NCBI GenBank assembly: GCA_964478625.1
Contig: CAYZJH010000001.1
Span: 76,588-140,587, forward strand
Source: an uncultured Desulfobacteraceae bacterium
GTDB lineage: Bacteria > Desulfobacterota > Desulfobacteria > Desulfobacterales > SKZT01
DNA: 64,000 nt
Direction of reading: 5' to 3'
Shown here: one piece after another, positions 19,387 to 28,555 of the stretch
Layout: every line of letters begins with the position of its first letter
Numbering within the stretch: the first letter of the stretch is position 1
Position numbers and translations under genes: made by a program
The notes under the pieces: model-generated
Told to the model about the DNA's origin: nothing
Seen by the model: only the letters and a program-made list of their open reading frames with translations
The model's database searches: none

Positions 19387-19995
19387 TTAAGGCTTTGGTT
19401 CGATTTCACGCTCCAAAAATCGATAGGTTACAGCCGTACATCTTGTCATGAGGTTTCCTGACTCATCTGATGCTGCGATATCAATATCTTTTATGTTCAC
19501 AATTCTGGAAAGTCTTGAAACTCTGTCGAAAAACAATGCAAGATTATGGTACCCCCCTTTGACCTGAATTAAAACCGGTATCTCTGAATAAAAACCGGTT
19601 GCCTTATCCGGATTGGGTTGAAAGAGCAAAAATTCCAACCCCGAGTCCTGTCCCGACTTTGAAATACTGGTCAGAAGACTGGGAATTTCTTTTGTTTCCG
19701 GAAGCGCTTGCGATGCAATTTTAAATTGATCTTCGGCATTCTTCATCTCTTGCTGGAATTTTTTTAACTGACTCGCATTGATTTTGGCTGTATCAAGTTC
19801 ACTTTTTAATTTTTTATATCGGGTGTCTAATGTATCAATTTGTTTGAATTTGGGATAATAAAAGAAATATACAAATCCTGAAATCAAAACCAAAAAAGCG
19901 GCGGCACAAATTAAAATTCTCTGCGCTTTAGTCAGTTGGCCGATTTTATCAAACATCGGAGCCAAGGAATTTGAAGAAATGGTTACCTTTTTCAT
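19387..19995 (-). CDS. pilO: Type IV pilus assembly protein PilO.
   Basis: 202-aa ORF with a single N-terminal TM, a coiled-coil segment and a C-terminal ferredoxin-like region (IPVLIQVKGGYHNLALFFDRVSRLSRIVNI). Confidence 0.75.
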   Translation of the reverse strand: MKKVTISSNSLAPMFDKIGQLTKAQRILICAAAFLVLISGFVYFFYYPKFKQIDTLDTRYKKLKSELDTAKINASQLKKFQQEMKNAEDQFKIASQALPETKEIPSLLTSISKSGQDSGLEFLLFQPNPDKATGFYSEIPVLIQVKGGYHNLALFFDRVSRLSRIVNIKDIDIAASDESGNLMTRCTAVTYRFLEREIEPKP

Positions 19996-20036
19996 TGATT
20001 CACAAATTTAATCCATCAGGTGTTAACAAGCCTATT

Positions 20037-20705
20037 TTATAAAGCCTGAGCATCCATCCGCCCGATCTGCATCTTATTCAGATTTACCTCAAACTCCATC
20101 AGGTTTAATCCTTTAATGGTTACTTGCCTGAGAGTCTTTAAATTGACATTGTTAAATAAAGGCGAATCTTCCAGCCGGGTCATAAAATCAGCTACTGTTT
20201 TACTGTCTAACGCAACTCCTTTAATTGTAATAACAGCCTTTTTGGGTTCCTGAAGAGGTAAATCTTTGGAAATCTCAGGCTGCTTTTTAGTCTGCTTTCC
20301 TTTTGCCGGCGCCAGCTGCGGCTGGGCCTGAATTTCTTCGGTCACCTTAAAACTTGTAAACCACATACGATTACCAACAATGATTTCAGTCATGGCCTGA
20401 AGAATTTCAACCGGTTCTCTGCGTTTCGCTTCAAGATTTTCCATGACTTCCGTCTTGCTTTGCAGCACTTGCAGATTTTTTTTGATTTCTGCGATTTCTT
20501 TGTTAATTTTATTATAGGTTTCCAGCTCTCTTTCCGTATCTGTAATAGCCATTTTTAATTTATTGGTTTTATTGGTTAAGCTCATGTTATAAAAAACCAA
20601 TAGTGCCGATATAAAAAATAATATCAGGAAAAAAATGGAAACCTGTTTTCGAATATTCTCTTTTTTTCTTGCTGCTCTAAAAGGCAGTAGGTTTATTCGA
20701 ATCAT
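20037..20705 (-). CDS. pilN: Type IV pilus assembly protein PilN.
   Basis: 222-aa ORF. The conserved N terminus MIRINLLPFR is followed by a TM helix and a coiled coil. It overlaps pilM by 4 nt. Confidence 0.8.
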   Translation of the reverse strand: MIRINLLPFRAARKKENIRKQVSIFFLILFFISALLVFYNMSLTNKTNKLKMAITDTERELETYNKINKEIAEIKKNLQVLQSKTEVMENLEAKRREPVEILQAMTEIIVGNRMWFTSFKVTEEIQAQPQLAPAKGKQTKKQPEISKDLPLQEPKKAVITIKGVALDSKTVADFMTRLEDSPLFNNVNLKTLRQVTIKGLNLMEFEVNLNKMQIGRMDAQAL

Positions 20706-21760
20706 TTATCGTCTACTCTTCTAGTTGCCAATCCCATGCAAATTGCTGCCTGAGGAGCAATTTGCTTGGTATATGATATATCAAACTTGTTTTTATCCAC
20801 ATAAAACGCCTTAAAAGGATCAATGGTCTCAACCTTGGCTGTTGTTTCAGCTGCCAGTAATTGTCTAAATTTCTTAATATTTCCTCCACCTCCACTAAGA
20901 AGTATCGTCTTGATTTGGTCATCGGGATAGGTAGAGTAAAAAAATTCCAGGGCCCTTTGAATCTCATTGCACCAGTCTGCGACAACTGTCGTGACAATCT
21001 CTGTGAGATCCTCAGAGGATATCCGATCCGAATCTTCGGAAAACTTGATCTGTTCTGCTTCATCGTTAGTACAATCAACAAGATTGACAATCTTTTGATT
21101 GATCTGGTCGCATCCAAGCGAAACATCCCTCATAAATACGGAATCTTTGCCTTTCAGGATATTCAGTGAGGTTTTACTAGCGCCGATATCAATCAGGGCA
21201 ACGTTATCATCTTTGGGTTTGTAATTGATCTCAAAAATATTTTGAAGTGCAAAAGCATCGACATCAATGATACAAGGATTCAGGCTTGCCATCTCCAACA
21301 GGCTGATATAACCGTCTATCATTTCCTTTTTGGCCGCCACCAGGAGCACATTCATGCGTTGGGTATTTTCATTATCTCCCAAGATCTGAAAATCAAGGTT
21401 GACATCGTTTATGTCGAAGGGGATATATTGCTCAGCCTCGAATTGAATGGTTTCATGAAGCTGTTCTTCGGTCATGGATTGGACGTTGATTTTTTTTACG
21501 ATTACGGAATATCCGCCTATGGATACAGCCACATTCTGCTCGCGGATATCATAGGTCTTAAACAACTGCTTGATGGCTTCGGCGATTTCCTCGGGTTTTT
21601 TGATGTTGCCTTCTTCAATGGAACCTCGTGGAATATCGATAATACCGAACTTTTTCAAGGTCAGCCTGTCACCCTTTTTAAGACCACCGATTTCAGCAGC
21701 CTTTATACTTCGTGAACCAATATCCAACCCCACAAGACGATTTTTTTTTGTAAAAAGCAT
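20702..21760 (-). CDS. pilM: Type IV pilus assembly ATPase-like (actin-fold) protein PilM.
   Basis: 352-aa ORF with GLDIGSRSIKAAEI near the N terminus and DIGASKTSLNI, an actin/FtsA-like fold typical of PilM. Confidence 0.9.
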   Translation of the reverse strand: MLFTKKNRLVGLDIGSRSIKAAEIGGLKKGDRLTLKKFGIIDIPRGSIEEGNIKKPEEIAEAIKQLFKTYDIREQNVAVSIGGYSVIVKKINVQSMTEEQLHETIQFEAEQYIPFDINDVNLDFQILGDNENTQRMNVLLVAAKKEMIDGYISLLEMASLNPCIIDVDAFALQNIFEINYKPKDDNVALIDIGASKTSLNILKGKDSVFMRDVSLGCDQINQKIVNLVDCTNDEAEQIKFSEDSDRISSEDLTEIVTTVVADWCNEIQRALEFFYSTYPDDQIKTILLSGGGGNIKKFRQLLAAETTAKVETIDPFKAFYVDKNKFDISYTKQIAPQAAICMGLATRRVDDK

Positions 21761-21769
21761 GATGGAAAA

Positions 21770-21967
21770 TTAATCCTCAAATACTTTGTTTTTCTCCTCT
21801 AAATTATATCCCAATGCCAATAGAATCTTGCGTTTTGTTTCCATTCTGCAAGGCATGCCTTTTTCTATCCGGGTTATGGTTATAGGGGAAATATTAGCTC
21901 TTCGAGAAAGCTCAGCCTTGCTGATCATTAAAGATTCTCTAACTTGCTTCAATAAGTTTTTGCTCAT
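21770..21967 (-). CDS. Small XRE-family helix-turn-helix transcriptional regulator.
   Basis: 65-aa ORF. ISKAELSRRANISPITITRIEKG is a classic Cro/C1 HTH. It ends 9 nt before pilM. Confidence 0.75.
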   Translation of the reverse strand: MSKNLLKQVRESLMISKAELSRRANISPITITRIEKGMPCRMETKRKILLALGYNLEEKNKVFED

Positions 21968-22005
21968 TGCTTAATGGACCTTATCTCATTTGATTTTATG
22001 GTCAT

Positions 22006-22023
22006 TAATGAGCTAGCTAATTA
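22006..22023. promoter_or_regulatory. Near-palindromic candidate operator upstream of the XRE-pilM operon.
   Basis: TAATGAGCTAGCTAATTA is an 18-bp inverted repeat with one mismatched pair and an AGCTAGCT core. It lies about 40 nt upstream of the XRE start codon. Confidence 0.3.
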
Positions 22024-22244
22024 TCAGTAACGGGGAAAAGTATTCGAATTGCACTTGGCAAAAAAACCCTAACCTGTTTACTCGCTTGATTTTTTGTGAA
22101 AGTCAAGTAAAATATGCATAATTATTTAAATTTTCATGACAATTGTATTATATTGTAATTAAAAATCAGAGAGTTGCACATATTGTATTTTTCAATTCCA
22201 ACAATTAATGCTGTCTTATTATCTGAATTTGAGGAGGTTATCTT

Positions 22245-23054
22245 TTGGACAACAGTTTGAAACATGAGATTATTTCCTGGTATTTCGACAAGACCGAATA
22301 TGCGAGTCAGCGGGTTATTTGCGAAGAACCCCTTTCCATCCGTATTCAGGGAAAACCCTACTCTGTGGTCATGAGAACTCCGGGCGATGAGAAAGCTCAT
22401 GCAGCAGGTTTTTGCCTCGCCGAAGGCATTGTTGATCAGCCGGAGGATATTTTAGCATTGGGCTTTTGTGATGGGGAAAATACCAACGTTGTGACGGTTA
22501 CCCTAACTCCCGAGAGACAAAAAATAGCCGGAAAACATCTGGACCGGAGGGAATACATCAGCCAGACCAGTTGCGGGATATGCGGGAAATATATTGTGGA
22601 AGAACTCCAGCAGTTACTTTTGCCGATTAAAAAAAAAACAGTGATCAATGCCCAAAAAGGATTGGACTGCCTTGAAGATCTTAACAAATACCAGCCATTG
22701 AGAGACAAAACCCGAGCAGCCCATGCAGCCGTTTTGTTTGACAATAATTACACTATGATTTCAGTTGCAGAGGATGTCGGACGTCATAATGCGCTCGATA
22801 AAGCTGTCGGTAAATTGTTTTTAGAAAAAAAACTTGAAAGTGCGGCCTTTCTGGTTTTATCTTCTCGGATCAGTTACGAACTTGTGCAAAAAGCTGCAAG
22901 AGCGCGAATTCCAATTATCCTTGCAATGTCCCGACCCACAGCACTTGCCGTTTCTCTGGCCTCCGCCCTGAACATCACTCTGGCATGCCGGGCACCTGAA
23001 AAAGGCCTTTTTATATATTGCGGAGCCAAACGGCTTCTCATGGATACAAATTGA
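22245..23054 (+). CDS. fdhD: Formate dehydrogenase accessory sulfurtransferase FdhD.
   Basis: 269-aa ORF. EEPLSIRIQG, MRTPGDEKAHAAGFCLAEGI, the active-site region SCGICG and GRHNALDKAVG are typical of FdhD. The TTG start lies 7 nt after GGAGG. Confidence 0.85.
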   Translation: MDNSLKHEIISWYFDKTEYASQRVICEEPLSIRIQGKPYSVVMRTPGDEKAHAAGFCLAEGIVDQPEDILALGFCDGENTNVVTVTLTPERQKIAGKHLDRREYISQTSCGICGKYIVEELQQLLLPIKKKTVINAQKGLDCLEDLNKYQPLRDKTRAAHAAVLFDNNYTMISVAEDVGRHNALDKAVGKLFLEKKLESAAFLVLSSRISYELVQKAARARIPIILAMSRPTALAVSLASALNITLACRAPEKGLFIYCGAKRLLMDTN

Positions 23055-23123
23055 AAATATTTTCAGGGAAACGCAATAAAGGATCCTGGTCAGTTTAAAA
23101 ATATCTGTCAAATCGCGCAAGAC

Positions 23124-24302
23124 TTATTCGCATAGTTCAAAGAGAGCAGCTGCACCCATCCCACCCCCAATACACATGGATTCGATTCCATACTTTGAAC
23201 CCGACTGAACCATATTCGCCAAAAGAGTTGAGCAGAGTTTGGCCCCGGTGCAGCCAAGGGGATGGCCCAATGCAATAGCCCCTCCATGAATATTGACTCT
23301 TTGAATATCCAGATTAAGTTCCTGGATACAATAAAGTACCTGACATGCGAAAGCCTCGTTGATTTCAAAAATACCAATATCGTTCATATCAAGCCCGGCA
23401 ATTTTCAAAACCCTTGGGATGGCATATTTGGGACCGATACCCATTTCTTCAGGCTTGCATCCCACTGTTGCATAAGCTTTAAGCTTTGCAACCGGTTTCA
23501 AATCAAGCTCTTTTATCTTCTCCTCACACATGATAATGGATACGGCGGCTCCATCGGTTGTCTGAGATGAATTTCCGGCAGTAACAGTTCCACGTGCGGC
23601 GAATGCAGGTTTGAGTTTTTCCAAAGCCTCGAGGCTGGTATCCTCTCTGATTCCGTCATCGAAATCCTGTAAAAAACTTTCTTTCTGATATGTGCCATTT
23701 TGACTCATAACATAACGGGTCGCCGGTGTGGAGACCAATTCCGTAAATAAATTATTTTTTCGCGCTTCAGCCGCTTTCATGTGGGAATAAAATGCAAATT
23801 CATCCTGTGCCTTTCTGGGGATATTATACTTCCTCGCAACATTTTCAGCTGTTAAACCCATAGCGATATATAACTCCGGATGTGCCCGCGTATATGCAGG
23901 ATGCGGACGAGGCATATTACCTCCCATGGGTATCATGGACATGGATTCAACGCCCCCTCCGATCGTAACCTCCGCCCATCCGGCCATAACCCTCAAAGCA
24001 GCCTGACAGATAGCTTCGAGCCCGGATGAACAAAAACGGTTGACTGTTGCACCGGTGACTTCCACCGGAAAACCAGCCATTTGCCCTGCTATTCTTCCAA
24101 TATTGAGCCCCTGTTCAGCTTCAGGAAAACAACAACCAATCATGATATCATCCACATCCTTTTTGGAAAGATTCGGTGTTTTGTCTATGGCGGCATTTAA
24201 TATGAAGGTCAGAAGGTCCTCTGGTCTTGTATCCTTGAAAGCTCCTTTACCCATCTTGCAACCTGGAGTTCGAACAGATGTGACAATATAAGCATCTCGC
24301 AT
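23124..24302 (-). CDS. Acetyl-CoA C-acyltransferase (thiolase).
   Basis: 392-aa ORF. It has the active-site Cys context (VNRFCSSGLEA), a C-terminal NIHGGAIALGHPLGCTGA and CIGGGMG. Confidence 0.9.
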   Translation of the reverse strand: MRDAYIVTSVRTPGCKMGKGAFKDTRPEDLLTFILNAAIDKTPNLSKKDVDDIMIGCCFPEAEQGLNIGRIAGQMAGFPVEVTGATVNRFCSSGLEAICQAALRVMAGWAEVTIGGGVESMSMIPMGGNMPRPHPAYTRAHPELYIAMGLTAENVARKYNIPRKAQDEFAFYSHMKAAEARKNNLFTELVSTPATRYVMSQNGTYQKESFLQDFDDGIREDTSLEALEKLKPAFAARGTVTAGNSSQTTDGAAVSIIMCEEKIKELDLKPVAKLKAYATVGCKPEEMGIGPKYAIPRVLKIAGLDMNDIGIFEINEAFACQVLYCIQELNLDIQRVNIHGGAIALGHPLGCTGAKLCSTLLANMVQSGSKYGIESMCIGGGMGAAALFELCE

Positions 24303-24340
24303 GATCTCATCTCCTTAAATATCTATAAATTGATTCGACA

Positions 24341-26746
24341 TCAATTTCTCAGCGGCTTACCGGTTTTAAGCATGTGTTCAGCCCTGGCCTGAGTTTTTTG
24401 TTCTTTCCAGAAATCCACAAACGCATCCCGTTCGAGTTTTAAGATGACTTCCTCGTCGATTTCACTACCGACCCTGACATCGCCGCCACTGATCACGTAG
24501 CCGATGCGACTGGCCAAAAACGCATCATATTCACTGATCAATCCAGCCGAAAGCATATTGTTCAACTCCATGTTTATTACACCTTGTGCGGCATCACCAA
24601 ATACTCTTACCGGTCTCTTTACAGGAGGTGAATATCCTGCATCAACCATGTTCAACACCTCCTTTTTAGCTTCTCCAATAAGATAATCCATATTGAACAC
24701 AATGCGGTCTTCAGGGCCCAAAAAGCCTAAAGATCGAGCCTGAGCTGCTGATGTCGATACTTTTGCAGTGGCAATATTTCTAAAAACCGGTGAAAAAAAT
24801 TTAGCAAGATCCACCCCCTGGACAACTTCGGGTACCTGGCGAATAAACTTTTTCCAGAGATTTAAACACCCGCCGCCAGCCGGCAATAGACCCACCCCGA
24901 TTTCCACAAGTCCCATATACAATTCAGCATGAGCCACCATTTTATCCGCAGCGCCCAAACAAATTTCACACCCCCCGCCAAGAACCAGCCCATAAGGAGC
25001 GGCCACCACGGGAAAAGGTGAATATTTTGCTTTTTGCATAATTCCTTGGACCTTTTTAATAAATTGTTCAATTTCGTCAAACTTTCCCCGGCGAACCATT
25101 TCTCCCATTAACCGAAGATCGCCGCCTGCTGAGAATGCTCCTGGCATTCCTGTCGTCTGATTTCCGATCACCAAACCTGCCCCGTATTTATCGGTAAAAT
25201 CCAAGCTCTCTTCCAAAAAATCAACAATCTCTTGGTTTATAGCGTTCATTTTTGTATGAAACTCACAACAGAACACATGATCACCGAGATCCACAAGGGA
25301 AGCCGACTTACATGTCTTAACCGTTTTATTCATATTTTTTAACGCCGGCAGTAAGATGATACTTTGGCTCACTTTCTGTTCACGATACTTATGGGTATTT
25401 AAATCGTAATAAAACTTTTTTCCGTTTTCCATTTTATAAAAAGACCTGTTGCCATATTGAAGCATTTTTCGGACATTCTCGGGAATGGAAAACCCTTCTT
25501 GTTCCATTTTGGCAACCGATTCTTCAAGACCTATTGCATCCCATGTCTCAAAGGGACCCAGTTGAAAATTGTATCCCCATTTCATGGCATTATCGATTTC
25601 AATTATGGTTTGAGCGATTTCAGGGATTCTGGATGCTGCATAAATCAGGCTTGTGGCAACAACTTTCCAGGCGAACCTGGCCCCCTTGTCTTTTCCATAA
25701 ACCACTGCCCTGATTTTTTCAGGCAATGTTTCAGCATTCATCGCCTGGGCTAAACATTCAAATTGGCTTTTCGGAACCTCCTTGTACTCAAAATCGCTCA
25801 AATCCAATACTTTCAAGACCTTTTGACCGTCCTTCCATTCCGATTTGTAAAATCCGGCCCCCGATTTATCGCCAAGAAGCTTTTTTTCGATCATCTTATT
25901 AATATAAAGCGGCAGTTTAAAAGACTGTCTGAGTTCGTCATTTTTCACCAATTCATAGGTATTATTTGCCACATGAGCCAGTGTATCCAGACCAACCAGG
26001 TCGCATGTCTTAAACAATGCTGTCTTAGGTCTTCCGAGAACAGGTCCGAAAAGGGAGTCTACCTCTGCAATACTGAGTTTTTGATCCTGCATGGCTTGCA
26101 TTGCCATTACGATTTGTTGAACCCCGATTCTATTTCCGATAAAATTGGGAGTATCCTTTGCCAACACAATTCCTTTCCCAAGAATACGTTCCCCAAAATC
26201 ACATATAAACTCAATAATATCAGTTGATGTCTCTTCTCCGGGTATGATCTCCAAAAGTCGCATATAACGAACAGGATTGAAAAAGTGGGTTCCCAGAAAA
26301 TTTTTTTTGAATTGAAGGCTTAAGTCCTTAGAAAGCTCTCTAATAGGTAACCCTGATGTATTTGTGGAAACAATAGCATCCGGTTTTCGAACCTTCTCGA
26401 TTTTTTGAAAAAGGTCTTTTTTGATTTCAAGCTTTTCTATTACCACTTCCACGATCCAGTCACATTCGGCAAGCTTCCCAAAGTCATCTTCAAGATTTCC
26501 CAGTGAAATCAGATCAGCGTCTTTTGGATCCATCAGCAAAAAAGGTTTTGATTTTAAAATAGCCTCAAAACCGTTCATGACTATTCTGTTTCTTTCTTTA
26601 GGATCTCCTTTCTTGTTTTGGTCAAGATTCGGCGGCACAATGTCCAGAAGCAGTGTTTTGATACCGGCGCTTGCCAGGAGTGCAGCAATACCACCTCCCA
26701 TGACACCGGAACCAATGACTGCACTTTTTCGGATTTTTCTGACCAT
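24341..26746 (-). CDS. Fused 3-hydroxyacyl-CoA dehydrogenase (N-terminal) / enoyl-CoA hydratase (C-terminal) beta-oxidation enzyme.
   Basis: 801-aa ORF with an N-terminal Rossmann motif (VIGSGVMGGGIAALLA). The HADH core is followed by a crotonase-fold region (FSAGGDL...GGGCEICL). It sits 38 nt upstream of the thiolase gene. Confidence 0.9.
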   Translation of the reverse strand: MVRKIRKSAVIGSGVMGGGIAALLASAGIKTLLLDIVPPNLDQNKKGDPKERNRIVMNGFEAILKSKPFLLMDPKDADLISLGNLEDDFGKLAECDWIVEVVIEKLEIKKDLFQKIEKVRKPDAIVSTNTSGLPIRELSKDLSLQFKKNFLGTHFFNPVRYMRLLEIIPGEETSTDIIEFICDFGERILGKGIVLAKDTPNFIGNRIGVQQIVMAMQAMQDQKLSIAEVDSLFGPVLGRPKTALFKTCDLVGLDTLAHVANNTYELVKNDELRQSFKLPLYINKMIEKKLLGDKSGAGFYKSEWKDGQKVLKVLDLSDFEYKEVPKSQFECLAQAMNAETLPEKIRAVVYGKDKGARFAWKVVATSLIYAASRIPEIAQTIIEIDNAMKWGYNFQLGPFETWDAIGLEESVAKMEQEGFSIPENVRKMLQYGNRSFYKMENGKKFYYDLNTHKYREQKVSQSIILLPALKNMNKTVKTCKSASLVDLGDHVFCCEFHTKMNAINQEIVDFLEESLDFTDKYGAGLVIGNQTTGMPGAFSAGGDLRLMGEMVRRGKFDEIEQFIKKVQGIMQKAKYSPFPVVAAPYGLVLGGGCEICLGAADKMVAHAELYMGLVEIGVGLLPAGGGCLNLWKKFIRQVPEVVQGVDLAKFFSPVFRNIATAKVSTSAAQARSLGFLGPEDRIVFNMDYLIGEAKKEVLNMVDAGYSPPVKRPVRVFGDAAQGVINMELNNMLSAGLISEYDAFLASRIGYVISGGDVRVGSEIDEEVILKLERDAFVDFWKEQKTQARAEHMLKTGKPLRN

Positions 26747-26770
26747 AGAAGACCTCCTGATGGTTGGAGT

Positions 26771-26798
26771 TTAAATGAATGAATATTCATTCATTTAA
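26771..26798. promoter_or_regulatory. Perfect 28-bp palindrome, a candidate repressor operator in front of the beta-oxidation operon.
   Basis: TTAAATGAATGAAT|ATTCATTCATTTAA is perfectly self-complementary. It ends about 24 nt upstream of the ATG (26746) and lies just upstream of the AGGAGG RBS. Confidence 0.55.
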
Positions 26799-26984
26799 CA
26801 GGAGGGGGTTGGCTTGTCAAGAAAAATCCTATTGAGTTCATTATTAACGGGTCAATTGAAAAATGGTCTACGATTTTCTTGTATGATGACCACTAACCTG
26901 GTATTATTCAAAAAGTCGCTTATCAAGTCGCACCATTTTAAGAATTTTCTTCATTTAATTGGAAAATCCTGATAAAAATAGAGC

Positions 26985-27710
26985 ATGATTTACTTTTATC
27001 CCCAAAATTCGGAACTGAGAAGCAAGAATTCTCATGCATGCCTTTCCTGCGGAACCCGTATAAATTTAAACAGGCGACGATATTGTTCGTCAGATTGCAG
27101 ACAACAATTAAAAGATTACCTAAACAGGCGCACCGGCCTTTTGGTTGCATTAAATACCCGATATGCCACCTTTTATTTCACAAAATTCACTATTTTCATG
27201 GACATTTTGCCTTACGGTACAAATCAGATTTTCAGTTTTATCATTTCCAGAAAACCAGGAAACAAGCCTGTATTCGATTTTTGCGATATGGTTCAAGCCT
27301 TGGGAAGTTTATGGTGGTCTGAAAAAAAGAGAACGCGTAAAAGATACAGGGCTAATTTACAGGTATTCGAAATGGCTGAAATGGTTGATTCAGAACTAAG
27401 CCGGATTGTTCCCACACGAGTTACGGTGCCAAGAGTCAGAAAAAAAGATCTGAGCATTCTATGCCTTAACAAAACCGATCTCTTATCAGATGAATGCGAA
27501 GGTAAATTAAAATGTGCGTATCGGCGACAAGCCAAAAAACACCATCCTGATCATGGCGGTGACGCCTCAAAATTTCGTCACCTCCAAAATGCTTATGAAA
27601 ATGTAAATCGGTGGTTAAAAAATCCCACCTTTCTTCGGATGAATGGTTTTCCGGACAAATGGCTTTATGAGGGAAGCACAAACCGGTGGATTCAACCCTC
27701 AAGCATCTAA
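26985..27710 (+). CDS. Atypical J-domain protein with an N-terminal zinc-ribbon-like CxxC...CxxxC and a C-terminal DnaJ domain.
   Basis: 241-aa ORF. The N terminus reads CLSCGTRINLNRRRYCSSDC. The C terminus reads KCAYRRQAKKHHPDHGGDASKFRHLQNAYENV, including the HPD tripeptide. The start codon is uncertain. Confidence 0.6.
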   Translation: MIYFYPQNSELRSKNSHACLSCGTRINLNRRRYCSSDCRQQLKDYLNRRTGLLVALNTRYATFYFTKFTIFMDILPYGTNQIFSFIISRKPGNKPVFDFCDMVQALGSLWWSEKKRTRKRYRANLQVFEMAEMVDSELSRIVPTRVTVPRVRKKDLSILCLNKTDLLSDECEGKLKCAYRRQAKKHHPDHGGDASKFRHLQNAYENVNRWLKNPTFLRMNGFPDKWLYEGSTNRWIQPSSI

Positions 27711-27736
27711 TAAAAAATTTTTGGGGTTCTTAATCT

Positions 27737-28537
27737 TTAATGTTTAGGTAATATTTTGACGGTGGTTCGGGTTTTTGCTCCCGAGGATTTTTTATAAGGA
27801 ATCGTTCGGACAATTTCCAGCCGCTTTTCTGCAAACAACTGAATACATTTCGGATAGAGCTGCCACTCAATTTCTAGTCCTTTTTTGCGAATGTCATCCA
27901 AAGTCTCATCCGGAAAAATCTCAAATGATTTTTGACCGATAATGGGACCGGTATCTTCACCGTAATCGACAAAATGAACCGTGCATCCTCCAACTTTACA
28001 TCCGTAATTATAGGTTGCTTCGTATCCGTCAGCACCGGGAAATGCCGGCAGGAGTGCGGGGTGGATATTCATGATACGAGGTTTGGCGGAATCGGTATTG
28101 ACTCTATCAATAAAATAGGGGCTGAGGATCCTCATAAAGCCGGCCAGAACCAGCAGATCGAAAGGGTAAGAATTCATTTTTTTCAGAAGCAGACTTTCGG
28201 CTGTGGCTCGAACTTCAAAAAATCGCCGAATTTGATCTCGGGGAGTTTTGGAAGGAAAAAGATTCTGTTTTGAAAAAATTTCCTCAAAATCAAAATCAGA
28301 TGGAAGGCATATGCTCTCACCATCTTGCTGAAAACCATGAAAAATTGACCGGTAATCTACAACGAAGTGTGGAATATTATGTTTTTTGGCCCGTTGCAAT
28401 CCATTTGATTTAGGATTGTCCGATCCGACAAAACATATTTGTCCATCAATATCATTTTTTTCGCATGCGTCAATAATCGCCTGGAGATTAGAACCACCAC
28501 CCGAAATCAATACCCCTATTTTGATTTGATTTTCCAT
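27737..28537 (-). CDS. purN: Phosphoribosylglycinamide formyltransferase (PurN) carrying an internal insertion.
   Basis: 266-aa ORF. Motifs IGVLISGGGSNLQAIIDAC, LVLAGFMRIL, NIHPALLPAFPG and GCTVHFVDYGEDTGPII are PurN-like. There are about 40 extra residues between the first two conserved blocks relative to E. coli PurN. Confidence 0.8.
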   Translation of the reverse strand: MENQIKIGVLISGGGSNLQAIIDACEKNDIDGQICFVGSDNPKSNGLQRAKKHNIPHFVVDYRSIFHGFQQDGESICLPSDFDFEEIFSKQNLFPSKTPRDQIRRFFEVRATAESLLLKKMNSYPFDLLVLAGFMRILSPYFIDRVNTDSAKPRIMNIHPALLPAFPGADGYEATYNYGCKVGGCTVHFVDYGEDTGPIIGQKSFEIFPDETLDDIRKKGLEIEWQLYPKCIQLFAEKRLEIVRTIPYKKSSGAKTRTTVKILPKH

Positions 28538-28555
28538 TTGTCTTAAACTATCGGA

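Noticed and set aside
22134-22400. 88-aa minus-strand ORF overlapping the fdhD start.
   Set aside because: It overlaps the well-supported fdhD N terminus and extends into AT-rich intergenic DNA, with no motif or RBS.
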